A program made the translations under genes and the position numbers. The notes beneath the pieces were generated by a model. It saw nothing but the letters and a program-made list of their open reading frames with translations. It did no database searches and was not told the DNA's origin. Of a stretch of DNA of 64,000 nt, positions 36,672 to 49,608 are shown piece by piece. Numbering within the stretch: position 1 is the stretch's first letter; the number at the start of each line of letters is the position of its first letter. Where the stretch lies: assembly GCF_009914755.1 (NCBI RefSeq), contig NC_060925.1, one strand, 5' to 3'. The stretch comes from the human T2T-CHM13v2.0 reference genome, Homo sapiens.

Positions 36672-37584
36672 CCAAAAATGTGCTGTGGAATCAATGTGAA
36701 GGAGGGAATTAACTCTGCCTGGGGCATGCGCTCTGAAATGACAATGTGACATTTTTGCTTCACCTCAAAAGATTAGTAGTATGTTTCTAGAAAGACAGGA
36801 ATGTGCTGGACAGAGAGGCGCCAATGTGCCTGCTTTTTTGGGCACCTGGTGCTTGATGGGGGCCGTGGCCAGTGAGAGGCCTGGCAGTCAGAAGACGTGC
36901 TTGAATGTCAGTCTGCAGGAGAGAGGAGCTGAGGGAGGATTTGAAAAGCAGGGAGGTGGGACCGCAGGTGTGCTTTCTGCTAAGTGATGTGCCAGGAGCC
37001 AGCGCTGCCCTGGCCCAGGGAAGAGACAAAGAGGGCCTGCATTAGGTCAGGCTCCTGGGAATGAAGATGAGATTCTTCACAGTTCGATGCTGTGAGCATA
37101 TCACAGGGTTTAGGACATGGCCCTGCCCACAAGGAGCTTGTAACCTGGGGAAATATGAGCTGTAGACCGTGACCCGTTCAAAGGCAATCAACTTAGAGGG
37201 GGTATCCCTGAGTCCAACTGAAATAAAATTTCAGAGAAAGGAAAGATCAAGTATGGGTAAGATAAGTCTAAGAAGTCACATGAGGGAGAGAGGTGAGTGT
37301 TAACCAAGGGGGGAAGGAAGGCATTTCTTTCTTTCTTTATTTTATTGAAGGATGCCAAGTTGAAAGGAAAGCATTTAGGCGGACGAAAAGGAGGAAGGGC
37401 TTTCAGGGGAATGGGGAAGGGGCTGGAGTGAAGGCCCAGAGTTGGGATCAAGTGAGATCTCTTCTGTCAGCATCACATGTGTCCACAGATGGCCCCTTTT
37501 TCCTATCAGCCTGCCCTCTATCACCCCATCTTAACCCACACACCTCCCTCTGTTGATATTTGGTAGAAAATAATGAAAGCCATT

Positions 37585-37911
37585 TTGTGTGTATGTGTGT
37601 GTAATATATACATATTTTAGAGACAGGATCTTGCTCTGTCACCCAGGCTATAGTGTAGTGGCACTATCAAGGCTCGCTGCAGCCTTAACCTCCCAGGCTC
37701 AAGCAATCATCCTGATTCAGCCTCCCAAGTAACTGAGACTACAGGCATATGCCACCATGCCCAGCTAATTTTGTTCTTTTTTTTTTTCCTTAGAAACAAA
37801 GTCTCACTTTGCCACCCGGGCTAGTCTTGAACTCCTGGTCTCAAGTGATCCTCCTGCCTCCACCTCTGAAAGTGCTGGGATTGCAGGTGTAATTAAGCAC
37901 TGTGCCTGGCC
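37585..37911 (-). mobile_element. AluJ, tail decayed into a TG/TA microsatellite
   Basis: TSD TGAAAG(C/T)CATT at 37574-37584 and 37912-37922. Confidence 0.92.
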
Positions 37912-38129
37912 TGAAAGTCATTATACCACTCATTTTTATTAAAAAAAGTCTACTGTGGTTCCTTTCTCGGTGAAGGAATATGTGACTCATTGGGCATAGA
38001 GGGGGCCCAGGTCCCTCAGGAGGAAGATGGAAATTTTGAAAGCCCCCAAACACAAACTTCTACCTGCCTAGTTCTTTCTATCAGCAAATTTAAGCCCCAG
38101 CCTTATTTCTCATGCCTGGAACTGCTTGA

Positions 38130-38236
38130 GAGACACCAGCTGGCCCAGGGCACCTCAGAGAGCTTGCAACATATTAGTCCTCAACAATTAGTTGTTGAAA
38201 GAATGAATGAATGAATGAATGAATGAATGAATGAAT
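38130..38236 (+). mobile_element. L2 3' end with (TGAA)n tail
   Basis: CATATTAGTCCTCAACAATTAGTTGTTGAAAGAATGAATGAATG... Confidence 0.65.
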
Positions 38237-38238
38237 CA

Positions 38239-38691
<453 letters not shown>

Positions 38692-39059
38692 TCAGACTAA
38701 ATGGAAATGACTCTGTGTCTCGGGCCATGGTTTCCTTATTGATAAAGTGGAGGTAATTATGTCTACATACTACTTGGGTTAATGTAAAAGTCAAATGTGA
38801 AAATAGATAAGAAAATGACTTATAAATTAAAGGGCACACCCCACATTAGAGGGATTTCCATCTTGGTCTATGCCTGGTACAAGGCCCTATTCATCTGCAG
38901 AATTAAAAAGTATCTGCGGATGCAGTATAAACCATCCTTTGCTTCACAGAACATGCTTCAGGTGATAGATACAGTTACTGCCCTGTCTCCAGAGACCTTG
39001 TCTTACTTCTGAGTCCCCAAGATTTTAAACAAGCAGTTAATGAATGCACCTGAACGAAT

Positions 39060-39420
39060 GAAAATAATGAAAGCCATTCTATCTACTCAGCTTTGGCCAA
39101 ATGCTCTTCTAGGTGCCTTACTTACATCATATCTCACTTCCTCAGCAGCCCTGTGCGTAGGGGTGTCCATGTTTTACAGCTGAGGAAATGGAAGTTCTGA
39201 GAGGTTGTTAATAATATTGACAATAATAATATCCATGATTGCTAACTTTCACTGACCATTGATTATGTGCCAGGCACTGTCTAAACAGTGCAACACATCA
39301 TCCCATTTAACCACCACAACAACCCTCTGAGGTCGTGCTAACAGAATTCCCATTTTAAAGATGAGGAAACTAAGACACAGTCAAGTAATGCATCAAGTTC
39401 ACACAGCAAGTAAGTGACTG
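39060..39420 (-). mobile_element. Two tandem MIR fragments
   Basis: TTTTACAGCTGAGGAAATGG; TATGTGCCAGGCACTGT...CCCATTTTAAAGATGAGGAAACTAAG. Confidence 0.7.
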
Positions 39421-40036
39421 AAGGAGAGGATGAATGGGCACTAAGAAAGCATGTGTGATCAGCAGAAATAGGAAGTCCTTTCAATCCCCATCTTGCACAG
39501 TCCGATCCCTGAAGCAGAGGTCTGTGGCCCTGAGTGGGCCTGGGCCCCAGTGCCTTCTCCAACTCATCTGGAGGAGGAAATCACTGTGATTGCTCATGCG
39601 TCATGTCCTCCCACTGTGGGCACAACCCCCAATGCAGAGCTGTAGCCCTTTAGATGACGAAGGGCTCTGGGAACGGCTCCAGGGGAGGAGAGTTAATTAG
39701 TTCACAGCAAATAGAGCAGGAGCCTGATTACTCCCACTGCAGGAAGTTGATGACTAGTGATAAAGGCTGAGCAAGCCCCAGAAAGTTCTGTCCTTCTGCA
39801 CCTGCACAGGTAGGAGGCTAGGGTCTCTCATTCCCCCAGGGGCCAGAACCACCACCCAGACAGGGATTAAAGGAGCCTCCCTTGAAGTTGCTCCTGAACC
39901 ACCCCACCCACCATTCACTGGATTACATGGCGACCATCAGCCATCTTCATATGGGTTCCTACCTCACCCTCAGGAGTCGGTAGAGGACAGAAGGCTGAGT
40001 TGGCCCTCAAGGCCCTGGGCTTCTTGTCTTCAATCC

Positions 40037-40364
40037 TTTTTTTTTTTTTTTTTCTAAATAGAGACAGGGTCTCACTCTTTTGCCCAGGCTGGAGTGCCAT
40101 GGCGCAATAACAGCTCACTGCAGCCTCGAACTCCTGGGCTCAAGGGACCCCCTGCCCCCGCCACCCTGCCTCAGCCTCCCAAGTAGCTAGGACTACAGGT
40201 ATGCAGTATCATGCCAGGCTATTTTTTGTTTGTTTGTTTTTAATTTTTGTAGAGACAGGGTCTCGCTGTTTTGCACAGGTTGGTCTCAAATTCCTGGCCT
40301 CAAGTGATCTTCCCACCTCAGCCTCCCAAAGCACTGGGGTTATAGGTGTGAGCCACCACACCCA
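40037..40364 (-). mobile_element. AluJ
   Basis: Poly-T then a full antisense Alu with a small C-rich insertion at ~40150. Confidence 0.93.
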
Positions 40365-40586
40365 CTCTCCATGATTCATTGACTTGATACTATGAGAGAC
40401 CTATTTGCCCTTTCTAAGGTCTCAGGACACCCCATCTATGGAAGGCACCAGGGAGGGCCTAGGTTTGGAGGAAGACAGTCTAGGCTCAAATCTTGGCTTT
40501 TCATTTACTAGCTGTGTGAGGTTGGCCAGATTTCTTAACCTCTGAGCACAGGTTAAGTTTTCTTATTTAAAAAAAAAAAAAAAAAG

Positions 40587-40925
40587 GGCCAGGCGCAGTG
40601 GCTCACACCTGTAATCCCAGCACTTTCAAAGGCCAAGGCAGGTGGATCATGAGGTTAGGAAGTAGAGACCATCCTGGCCAACATGGTGAAACCTCGTCAC
40701 TAATAAAAATACAAAAAATTAGCTGGGTGTGGTGGTGCGTGCCTGTAATCCCAGCTACTCAGGAGGCTGAGGCGCAAGAATCGCTTGAACTCAGGAGGTT
40801 GAGTTAGCAGTAAGCCGAGACCACGCCACTGCACTCCAGCCTGTCGTTGCAGTAAGCCGAGACTGCACCACTGCACTCCAGCCTGTCGACAGAGCAAGAC
40901 TCCGTTTCAAAAAAAAAAAAAAAAA
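40587..40925 (+). mobile_element. AluSc-like with an internal 42-bp tandem duplication
   Basis: GAGACCATCCTGGCCAACATGG; GCAGTAAGCCGAGAC...CAGCCTGTCG repeated at 40807 and 40849. Confidence 0.93.
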
Positions 40926-41889
40926 TAGAAGAGTAAAACTAATGTTGAAAGAACTCAGTAAGACAGTATATATAAAACAACTATCCAACACAATATTACT
41001 CAAAAAAATTTTTCCCTTCTCTATTTATAAAATAGGATTAATCTTGCCTGCCTCTTCCTACCTCCCAGGGCCTGGGTGCCAGTGAACAGAGGTATGTATC
41101 CAGTATGAAAGTGCTCTGTGACCCATTATTTATAGGGAGTACAGCTTCCCTGCCATGCTTCAGGGAAGGTACAAGGTGGACCTCTCAGCGCTGGCTGGCC
41201 TCTCGCGTGTGTGAATGACTGAGGGCCCTGTGTGATGATTTCACTAGTCAGCTCCAAAGCAGGGAAGACAGTGAGATCTCCAGCCTTACACTCCCGTCTC
41301 TCCCTGACTGTCAGGGAGGCACCTCCAGCTCTTGGCAAACCTCAAGAGAGGTGAGAGTCCTGCCCCTGTGCCGTTGCAGGGAAGAACCTGGCCCCGGGAC
41401 AGCCCAGAAGACCAGGATGTCAGCCCCTAGAGATGATAAGCTAGGCTGGAGCAGAGAGGGGAAGCCTCTCTGAAGACCAGTCACGTAAGCCAGAGATGGT
41501 CAGAGACTGGGAGGCTCTGGGCCTGTGGGAAGAGGCTGCAAGCCAGCCCAGGACTCTTGGCAGGTTTCCTGGCAGGTAAGAGACCATGCAGGGGCCAGCT
41601 CACCTGGGCTCCTGGGATCCCCACCTGCTGCAGTACCAGGGGACCTGGGGGGCAGGGACAAGTCCCTGGGAGGCTGGGGAACACAAGGCAGGCTCCAGGC
41701 TCAGCGGTGGTGGTACAGTCCGAGACGGCACCGTCCCAAGACAGGGTCCCAAGTGTGAAGACAGAGCTGTGCTGGGAAGAAGATGGAGGATGGGGATGGA
41801 TGGGTTGGAAGGAGGCTTGTCATGGAGTTCCAAGCAGGCACCAAAAACCAGAGGGCTCGAGGCCAGAGCAGGACCAAGGTCAGACAACT

Positions 41890-42100
41890 GCCTGTGTCCT
41901 GCTCCTCTCTCTTTCTGACAAGCCGGACTACAACCTTGGGCAAAGGCACTCACCCTTCCCTCTCAGCACCATTTCCTCATTACAGGGCCCGAGAAAATAG
42001 TAATTATCTGCTTCAGTTTCAGAAAGTCTTTAAATAATTAACATTTGTGGAACGGCTTTGAACTCCTCGGATATGAGCTGCTGTGAAAATATTATTATTG
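41890..42100 (+). mobile_element. Ancient MIR-family SINE (MIR1_Amn/MIR3-like)
   Basis: Core ACCTTGGGCAAAGGCACTCACCC...TTTCCTCAT; 3' tail TTAACATTTGTGGAACGGCTTTGAACTCCTCGGATATGAG...TATTATTATT. Confidence 0.55.
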
Positions 42101-44449
42101 TTTAAAAAAATAATACGTCTCAAATCATGAGCCGTTGCTAAAGGGTCTGTTATCCTTGGGGGTAGCTGTTTGCAAACTGATTAATTAGAACTCAATTTTT
42201 CAGACTTTTTAATTTAGATGTTAATAAATTCAATAATTTTATCCATTTATTGTACTAGATAAGATCCTTTGGGAATAACTTCTCATTTACAATAGTGACC
42301 TGGGCGAGAAGACTCAGAAACTGTTATATAAATGCCTGAGATAGGAAATGATGGAGATTGCACTATGAATAAGCAATCTTGCAGGGCTCCAAATTATCAG
42401 ACCCACTACCCGACCCAAATACCACCACTAACTTGAATTAATATTCCTACAAGAAACATAATGCTTGCATAGTCTGATTTTCTGTTTAATTTCTCGACCC
42501 AACCATACTGACTTTTGCATTTCATTGACTTTGCCTCAATCTTTATCCAAAGGAAGAAATGTACAGAAGCAGAGGGAAAATGATTTCAGTTGTGTCTGTC
42601 TCCCCTTCCCCTTTGTCTCTGTCTCCTGCTCCCAGGCTGAGAAGCACGCCATCTGGAAGGAGAGACAGCCCCCAGCCACCAGGGGCCTTGGGTACCGGCA
42701 CAGGAGGCAGGGAAGAGACCAGCCTACTGCCATGTGAAGGAGGGCACCCTTTCTCTGCATGGAGATGTCTGGAGATGGTGCCTGGGAGCTAGGGATGGTC
42801 AGAGATTTGGGGAAAGAGAGGGCTTCTGCCACATCCAGGAGGGTTAGCTCACAGCCCACTTTAAACTCCAGCCCAGAAACTCTCTGGAGTTGTCTCCGTC
42901 TTAGGCCCAGCCAGCAACACAGATCTGCATGGGGGATTTTATCATGGGGTGTCATCTTTCTCAAAGAGCTCAACTCCAGGGCCTTCTGGGTTTCTAGGAC
43001 TATTTAGAGAGGACCCCTTCCCTCCTCTGAACGTGTTTGTCCAGCCTCAAAACCTCCGCATGGAGCTAAAGGCTGGGGCTTCCATTCAGGGTTCCCCACC
43101 CCTCTCCTCTGCTCCAGCCCTCTCCTCCCTCCTGTCACCTGGCCTCTGCTTTCATTCCCTTCCTCAGCCCATTCTAATCTGCAGGCTCTCCTAAGCCAAG
43201 TTTGGTTTCTCATTCCAAGTATACCCTAACTCCCTAAGCAACAGTAAAGATATGCCCATCTGCTCTCAGTTACCTGTGCCGAGATGGGAGGCAGTAGTCA
43301 GGACTCACACCAAAACCATAGGCCTTGCTCTCTGGAATGTGTTGGCAATGGTTTTATAATCTCCATTCACAGCTGCCTTTGTTAGGTCACTATTAAAATG
43401 AACTTCATTCTGCGAGCACGGCCCTGGTATGAGGTAGGTGTTTTGTGGGGATACATGGGGGCCAAGTGGCACACCCTCGAACTGAGTACCCTGTCACACG
43501 TGGGTCATGGAGCCAGCTCTACCCAGCTGTGTTCTTCCTCAGGTCTAGTTTTCCTGGGGAGGAACAAATAGCACCAACAGACCCAGGATCCAGTTGGATG
43601 CAGAAATTGTCTCTTGAAAGTGAGCAGTATACTCAGACCATCTGCTGAGAAGAGAGGTGAGAAAATAAATCCCCTTGGACTTAGACACAAGAAAGAGCAG
43701 CGAACATGTTTGGAGCAGACGGCTCGGGATCTCAGTCACATGGCAGCTTCCCTCAGCTGAGTGCACAGAGCCTGCTAACTCGTGTCATAGAATGAACCCA
43801 GTAGTATCTGCACCCTGGGTCACCCCCTACCTCGGGCCCCCACCTGTCACATCTGGGTCTCCGCCCCAGCCTCTCTGCTCCCTGTCTCACCTTCAATTCA
43901 GTCTCTGTTCCACTCTCACGGTGAGCATTCCAAAAGGCAGATCCCACCTTTCCAGGGTACCTTTCTAAGGCTCTAGTTTCTTCCAGATAAGATATAAACT
44001 CTCCAGTCATCTGGTGCCAGGGCCCCTCAGGCATTCCCTCCAGCCATTCTGAAGAAAGTTCATCCCCCCAAACACTCATCCCTGTCCACACTGCTCCTTC
44101 CCTGCCCCCTGCCTGGCTAATTCCTTCTCACCCTTTCAGATTCCCCAGGCAACCTTCCCTCCCCGCTCTTGAGTTTAGGCTCACTTCCACCCCTCAGGAC
44201 TCGCTGAAAGCCCCACGAGGGCCACTTCATAGCTCTCACACTCTCTTCATCTGCCTCTCCCTCTGCAGGGTGAGCTCCATGAGGGCAGGGGCTGTGTCCT
44301 GTTCTCAGCTGATCTCCAGAATCCGAGTCCCCAGAATCCAGTGTAGGAACTCCTGGGAAAAGCTCAATAGTTCATTTGCTTTCTTATCCTCATCACCAAA
44401 GCACGCAGAAGACTCACTGGGCCAAAGTAACCATAGCAGCCCATGGGAG

Positions 44450-44670
44450 AGTTGGTACAGCAAGTGCTTAAGCTGTGGGGCTCTAGACCCTGGGCTTGAA
44501 GCCTGACCCTGCTGCCCTTCAGCCACGTGACTGTGGCCAAGTTACTTAAGCCAATATTAGTACCTACTACAATGGGTTGGTAATGCATGGATTAAGTGAA
44601 TTAATGTATGTAAATTGCTGAGAACAGGGTCTGACACACAGGAAGTGCCATGCACGTGTTTGCTAATATT
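44450..44670 (+). mobile_element. MIR
   Basis: GTGACTGTGGCCAAGTTACTTAA...GGATTAAGTGAATTAATGTATGTAAA. Confidence 0.7.
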
Positions 44671-44884
44671 GTTAGCAGGATGCTAACCCTTTGAGGGCAG
44701 GGACTGTGCTCTTCATTCCCAGATGTACACACAGTTCCTAGCATATAGTAGCAAAATTGTCTACTGGAAAGCTTGGGAGGGAAACAAAATTGGATTCATA
44801 TCCTGGCTGTGTGCTATTGGGTAGGCTACGTGTTAACAGTGAAGCTGTCTCATTATCTGAAAAGCGTGCAGGTTGATGTGAGGT

Positions 44885-45684
44885 TGATATGGTTTAAATA
44901 TTTGTCCCCTCCAAATTTCATGTTGAAATGTAATCCTTAATGTTAGATGGGGCCTGGGGGGAGGTATCATGGCCTTTGGGTCATGGGGGCAGATCCCCCA
45001 TGAGTGGCTCCATGCTGTCCCCATGATAATGAGTGAGTTCTTGGTCTGAGTTCACATGAGATCTAGTTGTATTAGTCCGTTTTCACACTGCTCTAAAGAT
45101 ACTACCTGAGACTGGATAATTTATAAGGAAAAGAGGTTTAATTGACTCACAGTTCCACATGGCTGGGAAGGCCTCAGGAAACTTACAATCATGGCAGAAG
45201 GGGAAGGAGAAACAAGCACCTTCTTCACAAGGCGGCGGGGGGCGGAATGCCAAACACTTTAAAACGATCAGATCTCCTGAGAACTCACTCACTATCACAA
45301 GAACGGCATGGGGGAAATTGCCCCCATGATCCAATCACCTCCCGTCAGGTCCCTCCCTCAACACATGGGGGTAACAATTCAGATTACAGTTCGAGATGAG
45401 ATTTGGGTGGGGACACAGCCAAACCATGTCACTGGTTGTTTAAAAGTGTGTGTGTGGCATGTTGCCCCCACTTCTTGCACCCTCTCTCACCATGTGATGT
45501 GCCTTCTCCCACTTCCTCTTCTGCTATGAGTAAAAGCTCCCTGAGGCCTCACCAGAAGCTGAGCAGATGCTGGCACCATGCTCCCTGTACAGCATGCAGA
45601 ACCATGAGCCAATTAAATTTCTTTTCTTTATAAATTACTCAGCCTCAGGTATTCCTTTATAGCGACACAAAATGGACTAATGTA
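44885..45684 (+). mobile_element. MSTB-like solo LTR (outer), inserted in a MIR
   Basis: TGATATGGTTT...GGACTAATGTA; 5-bp TSD GAGGT on both sides. Confidence 0.88.
45068..45431 (-). mobile_element. THE1D/MSTA-like solo LTR nested antisense in MSTB
   Basis: TGTATTAGTCCGTTTT...CAGCCAAACCATGTCA; TSD CT(A/G)GT. Confidence 0.9.
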
Positions 45685-45872
45685 GAGGTTTAGAATGCTG
45701 TTTGTAAAGCCCTAATTAGCACAGTGCCTGGCCCCTAGTGAACACTGGATAAATGGTGGCTGTAATCTTCATTAGTATTGCAGAATGAATGAGGTGACAG
45801 TGAGCAGCAGACCTCTGGGGCTGGATTTACTGATTACATGAGTAAATCTTCAGGAAAACTGCACTCCCATGG

Positions 45873-46032
45873 GCAGGTCCAACTACATAAAATTTGGAGA
45901 CTGGTACAAAATGAAAATGTGGGACCCTGTTGTCTAAAAACTATTCAGAATCCCAAGTCAGCAACACCAGAGCATTAAACCAAGCCCAGAGCTTCCTCTG
46001 TTCACAGGTCATGAACTCATGAGGTCAGCCTG
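45873..46032 (-). mobile_element. MER53 (hAT) fossil
   Basis: CTACATAAAATTTG...CAAAATGAAAATGTGGGACCC...CAGAGCATTAAACCAAG. Confidence 0.7.
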
Positions 46033-46321
46033 CCCGTGGGACCTTCCCAGCAATAGTTTCAGTGGGATAGGCTGAGGCCCTCTCATTTTGCAGGCCAGAG
46101 TCCCAGCCCAGAGCATTCAGGTGTCTCACATCACTTTTCTTCTGGCTCACTCAGCAGGGTGAGGCTAGGAACTCTTGGTGCCAAGTCTAGTGTCCCAGTG
46201 TCCCCAGTGACTATCAGTCCCCAGTGGCAGCCCCAGCACTCCCTCCTGCTTGGCTGAGAACCCAGATCACAGAAAGGGGATGATTTATCTTTAAGTTTGG
46301 ATTTAAAATTTTAAATGGTAC

Positions 46322-46730
46322 TGAAGTCAATCGAATGACTGGCCCCAAATCTGTACTCCCCTCTTACAGTATTAGCCATCCATGCTTGGCATGGCTTTAG
46401 GGTGAGCAGGGTGCACCTTACCACATCTTGCCTCTTGGCTTGCCTGTGTTACTTACTTAGGCCAATGGGAGTGGTTGGGCTTGCCATCTTGTATGCCTGT
46501 CTTTCACCATGGAAAGAACATGCCCTGGGTGTCCACCACCACAAAGAGGATGAGAGATGCATGGACTTGTACCCAACCCACAGTCTACACTCAAGCCCAG
46601 CTAAACTGGAGCAGCCGAACCCAGCCAACCTGCAGACAGAGGAGTCAGAAATAAATGCTTTATTGTTTTAGGTTGCTAAGTTTTCAGTAGTTTGTTAAGC
46701 AAAATTACTATGGCAATAGCTGGCTGATAA
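46322..46730 (+). mobile_element. MLT1H/I-like LTR
   Basis: Ends AGAAATAAATGCTTTATTGTTTTAG...TGGCAATAGCTGGCTGATA. Confidence 0.65.
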
Positions 46731-46761
46731 GTGTCTTATAACCCAAAGGATCTATGACTCA

Positions 46762-47055
<294 letters not shown>

Positions 47056-47566
47056 CTATGACTCAATTGACTCCCTCTGAAGCTAAGGAGACTTTTTGTC
47101 TCATATGCATTTTCATGGCTTTTCTGGAGACACCCTAAAGCTGGAGGTCTCATGCCATCAGATCCCTTGATGTAAATGAAAGCATATCCATTGGATTTAT
47201 TCTTCACTCTTTCCCCAGCCTCTTAGGCATCAGCAATTACTCCAGCTCCCTGCAGCTGAGATCTGTTTGCCCCTCCAGGGGACCCCCTTGGACAGGACCT
47301 AAGATGAAACCACACTGACCTTCTCTCACACAGAGCCCAAGGTTCCACATCATTTGACCTGGCGGACCCCTGGAGTACAGGCCGATCCCGGTGCAGCAAA
47401 AACTTGTGCTTCAAGGAGACTCAGACCCTGGTCAAATGTGTCCCCCAAACTGCAGGGAAACCATATTGAACTTTCCGGATGATCTGTTTCAAATTTTTCC
47501 ATCTTGACTTGAGGAGAAGAAGGATGTACTTCCCATGCCTTATCATATAGGAAAATAGAACCCACT

Positions 47567-47710
47567 TGTTTTGTTTAATTTTTAGACACAGAGTCTATCT
47601 CTGTCACCCAGGCTGAAGTGCAGTGGCACAATCATGGCTCACTACAGCCTCGAATTCCTGGGCTCATCTCTGCCTCCCTAGTAGCTGGGACTACAGGCAC
47701 ACACCCAGCT
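47567..47710 (-). mobile_element. AluJ right-arm fragment
   Basis: CTCTGTCACCCAGGCTGAAGTGCAGTGGCACAATC...GTAGCTGGGACTACAGG. Confidence 0.85.
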
Positions 47711-47739
47711 TGTCACTTTAATTTATAAAGATGAAACAG

Positions 47740-48046
47740 TAGAACTTTCTCAGGTTGGCAATACTCCATGGATATTGTCATGCATCGATGCCAGAAGACT
47801 AATGCATCCTGACCTTGGGAAGAGGAGAACAGAAGCTCTGCATTTGGAATATTTCTGGATTCTTCTGTTGATCAATTTTAATCTGTATCCTTTTCCTGTA
47901 ATAAATCATAACTGGGTGTCTAACAGCTTTCCATGAGTTCTGTGGGGACTTCTAGAAAATAATTTCAGGAGTTTTTGGAACCTCCTGAATTTGCGATTGG
48001 TGTCAGAGTGAGGGCAGTCAGGCAGGCTGTCCCCTCTAACTTTGCA
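47740..48046 (+). mobile_element. MER21-like LTR, 3' half
   Basis: ACAGAAGCTCTGCATTTGGAA...CTGTATCCTTTTCCTGTAATAAATC...TTGGTGTCAGAGTGAGGGCAGTC. Confidence 0.6.
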
Positions 48047-49096
48047 ATTGGGAGTCAAAAAACTTCAGAAACTGCTGCTGATGTTTACAGCTGCTCAGCA
48101 GCCCTGAGGCAAAAGAGTGGCTGGGAAAAAAATACACTGGAAGAACTCATGCTAGCCAGAGTTAATACACCTGCCACTATGCTGGAAGAGGAAGAATGGC
48201 TCAGCCTCCACTCCGGCTTCCTAATCTAGCTTCAAGGCACTTGTTGGCAGAATTAAACCATACTCAACACTCTGCAAACAAGGGAATCCGGGAACAGGCT
48301 TCTGAACAGGAGAGAGGCGGAGGAGGTGAACCAATCCCCCACGGGGCTCACCAGGACTCTCTCTGAAAATCCACTTCCTAATTTTCAACTCCAAAGCCTT
48401 TGAGGTCCTCACTAAGGATGAGGGGTTTGAGATGTATGTGATGGGATTGTGGAGAGCTCCATGGTAAATTCTGCAAAAAATCTCCCTCTTCCTTTGAATG
48501 ATGTATTATCCAGGAGTTTCAGCCACAAGCACCATTTTATCATCTCATTACACCAATCACAGCTAAGGCTACAATAAACACTTGGAATAATAAGGTGCAG
48601 ACACAATTACATGCTTTACCCTTCTCTGGTCTTTGAGAATAATAAACATGGTCACAGAGCCTGGTATTCAGATGAGGCTTTCCTGAGGACCCTTATTTCC
48701 AAAATCTGAAATTACCAGAAGGGTAAATTAAAGAATGAATACTCATTTGGTAAAAAGGATACCTTGTTTACAAAATAATTTTACTTTAATGGTAGGGATT
48801 TCCAGCTATTTACCACTTGTCAAACCAGAAGAAAGAAACTCCAAAGTGTTAGGAGCTATTGTTAAAGATCAATTAAGACTGTAGAAACCACATCTCAGAA
48901 ACATTTATGAAATTAATTGAGAATTATAATTTGTATCACACACTGTTTCTATGAATGCATCTCTTTTCTAAAATAAGACCCAGCTGTAAATTATGGGGAC
49001 AACATGGGTTGGTAAATGCTCTTCAGATGCCTGATGGGTGCATTTCCTGTCTCCCCTGGGTGTTAATCTCCTGCGTGGGAAGACTCTGTTTTCTGT

Positions 49097-49608
49097 GTGT
49101 ATCACCTAGGATGCTTTTGGCTGCGAGTACAGAATATTTCAACTGAAATGGCTTAAACAATAAGGACATTTATTATCTCACAGGTCGAGCTGTCTGGAAA
49201 CAGGAAGTTCTAGGCTTGGTTAATTCTGTGTGATGAAGTTGTCAGGCACCTGCTGCCTCCCCTCTTTGCACTCTGCCATCCTCAGTGTCATCTGGTCCCC
49301 TCAAGGTAGCTGGATGGCCGCTGACCACTGGTTCTCACACAAGCCCATCAGAAGGAAGGGAGGACAGCCTCTCTTTTTCATTTCTTTTGTTGCCAGAGAG
49401 AAAATCCTCCCTAGTAGTTCTCTAGAAGGCTTCCCTTGCTGGTTCCTTAGTCAACGTTGGGTTTGACATGCACTCCACAGCTTTGAGAAAGCCTGGAAAG
49501 TGAAATGGCATTTGCAGCTGCTTCTATCTTGAGAGTGACGTTCTCAGCCACAAAGGAAGAAGGAGATTTAGAAACACTGTTGGTTCAGAAACCAAGCATA
49601 TCTGCCAC
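49097..49608 (-). mobile_element. MLT1K/L-like LTR
   Basis: GGATGCTTTTGGCTGC...TGGCTTAAACAATAAGGACATTTATT; ends TCTGCCACA. Confidence 0.7.
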
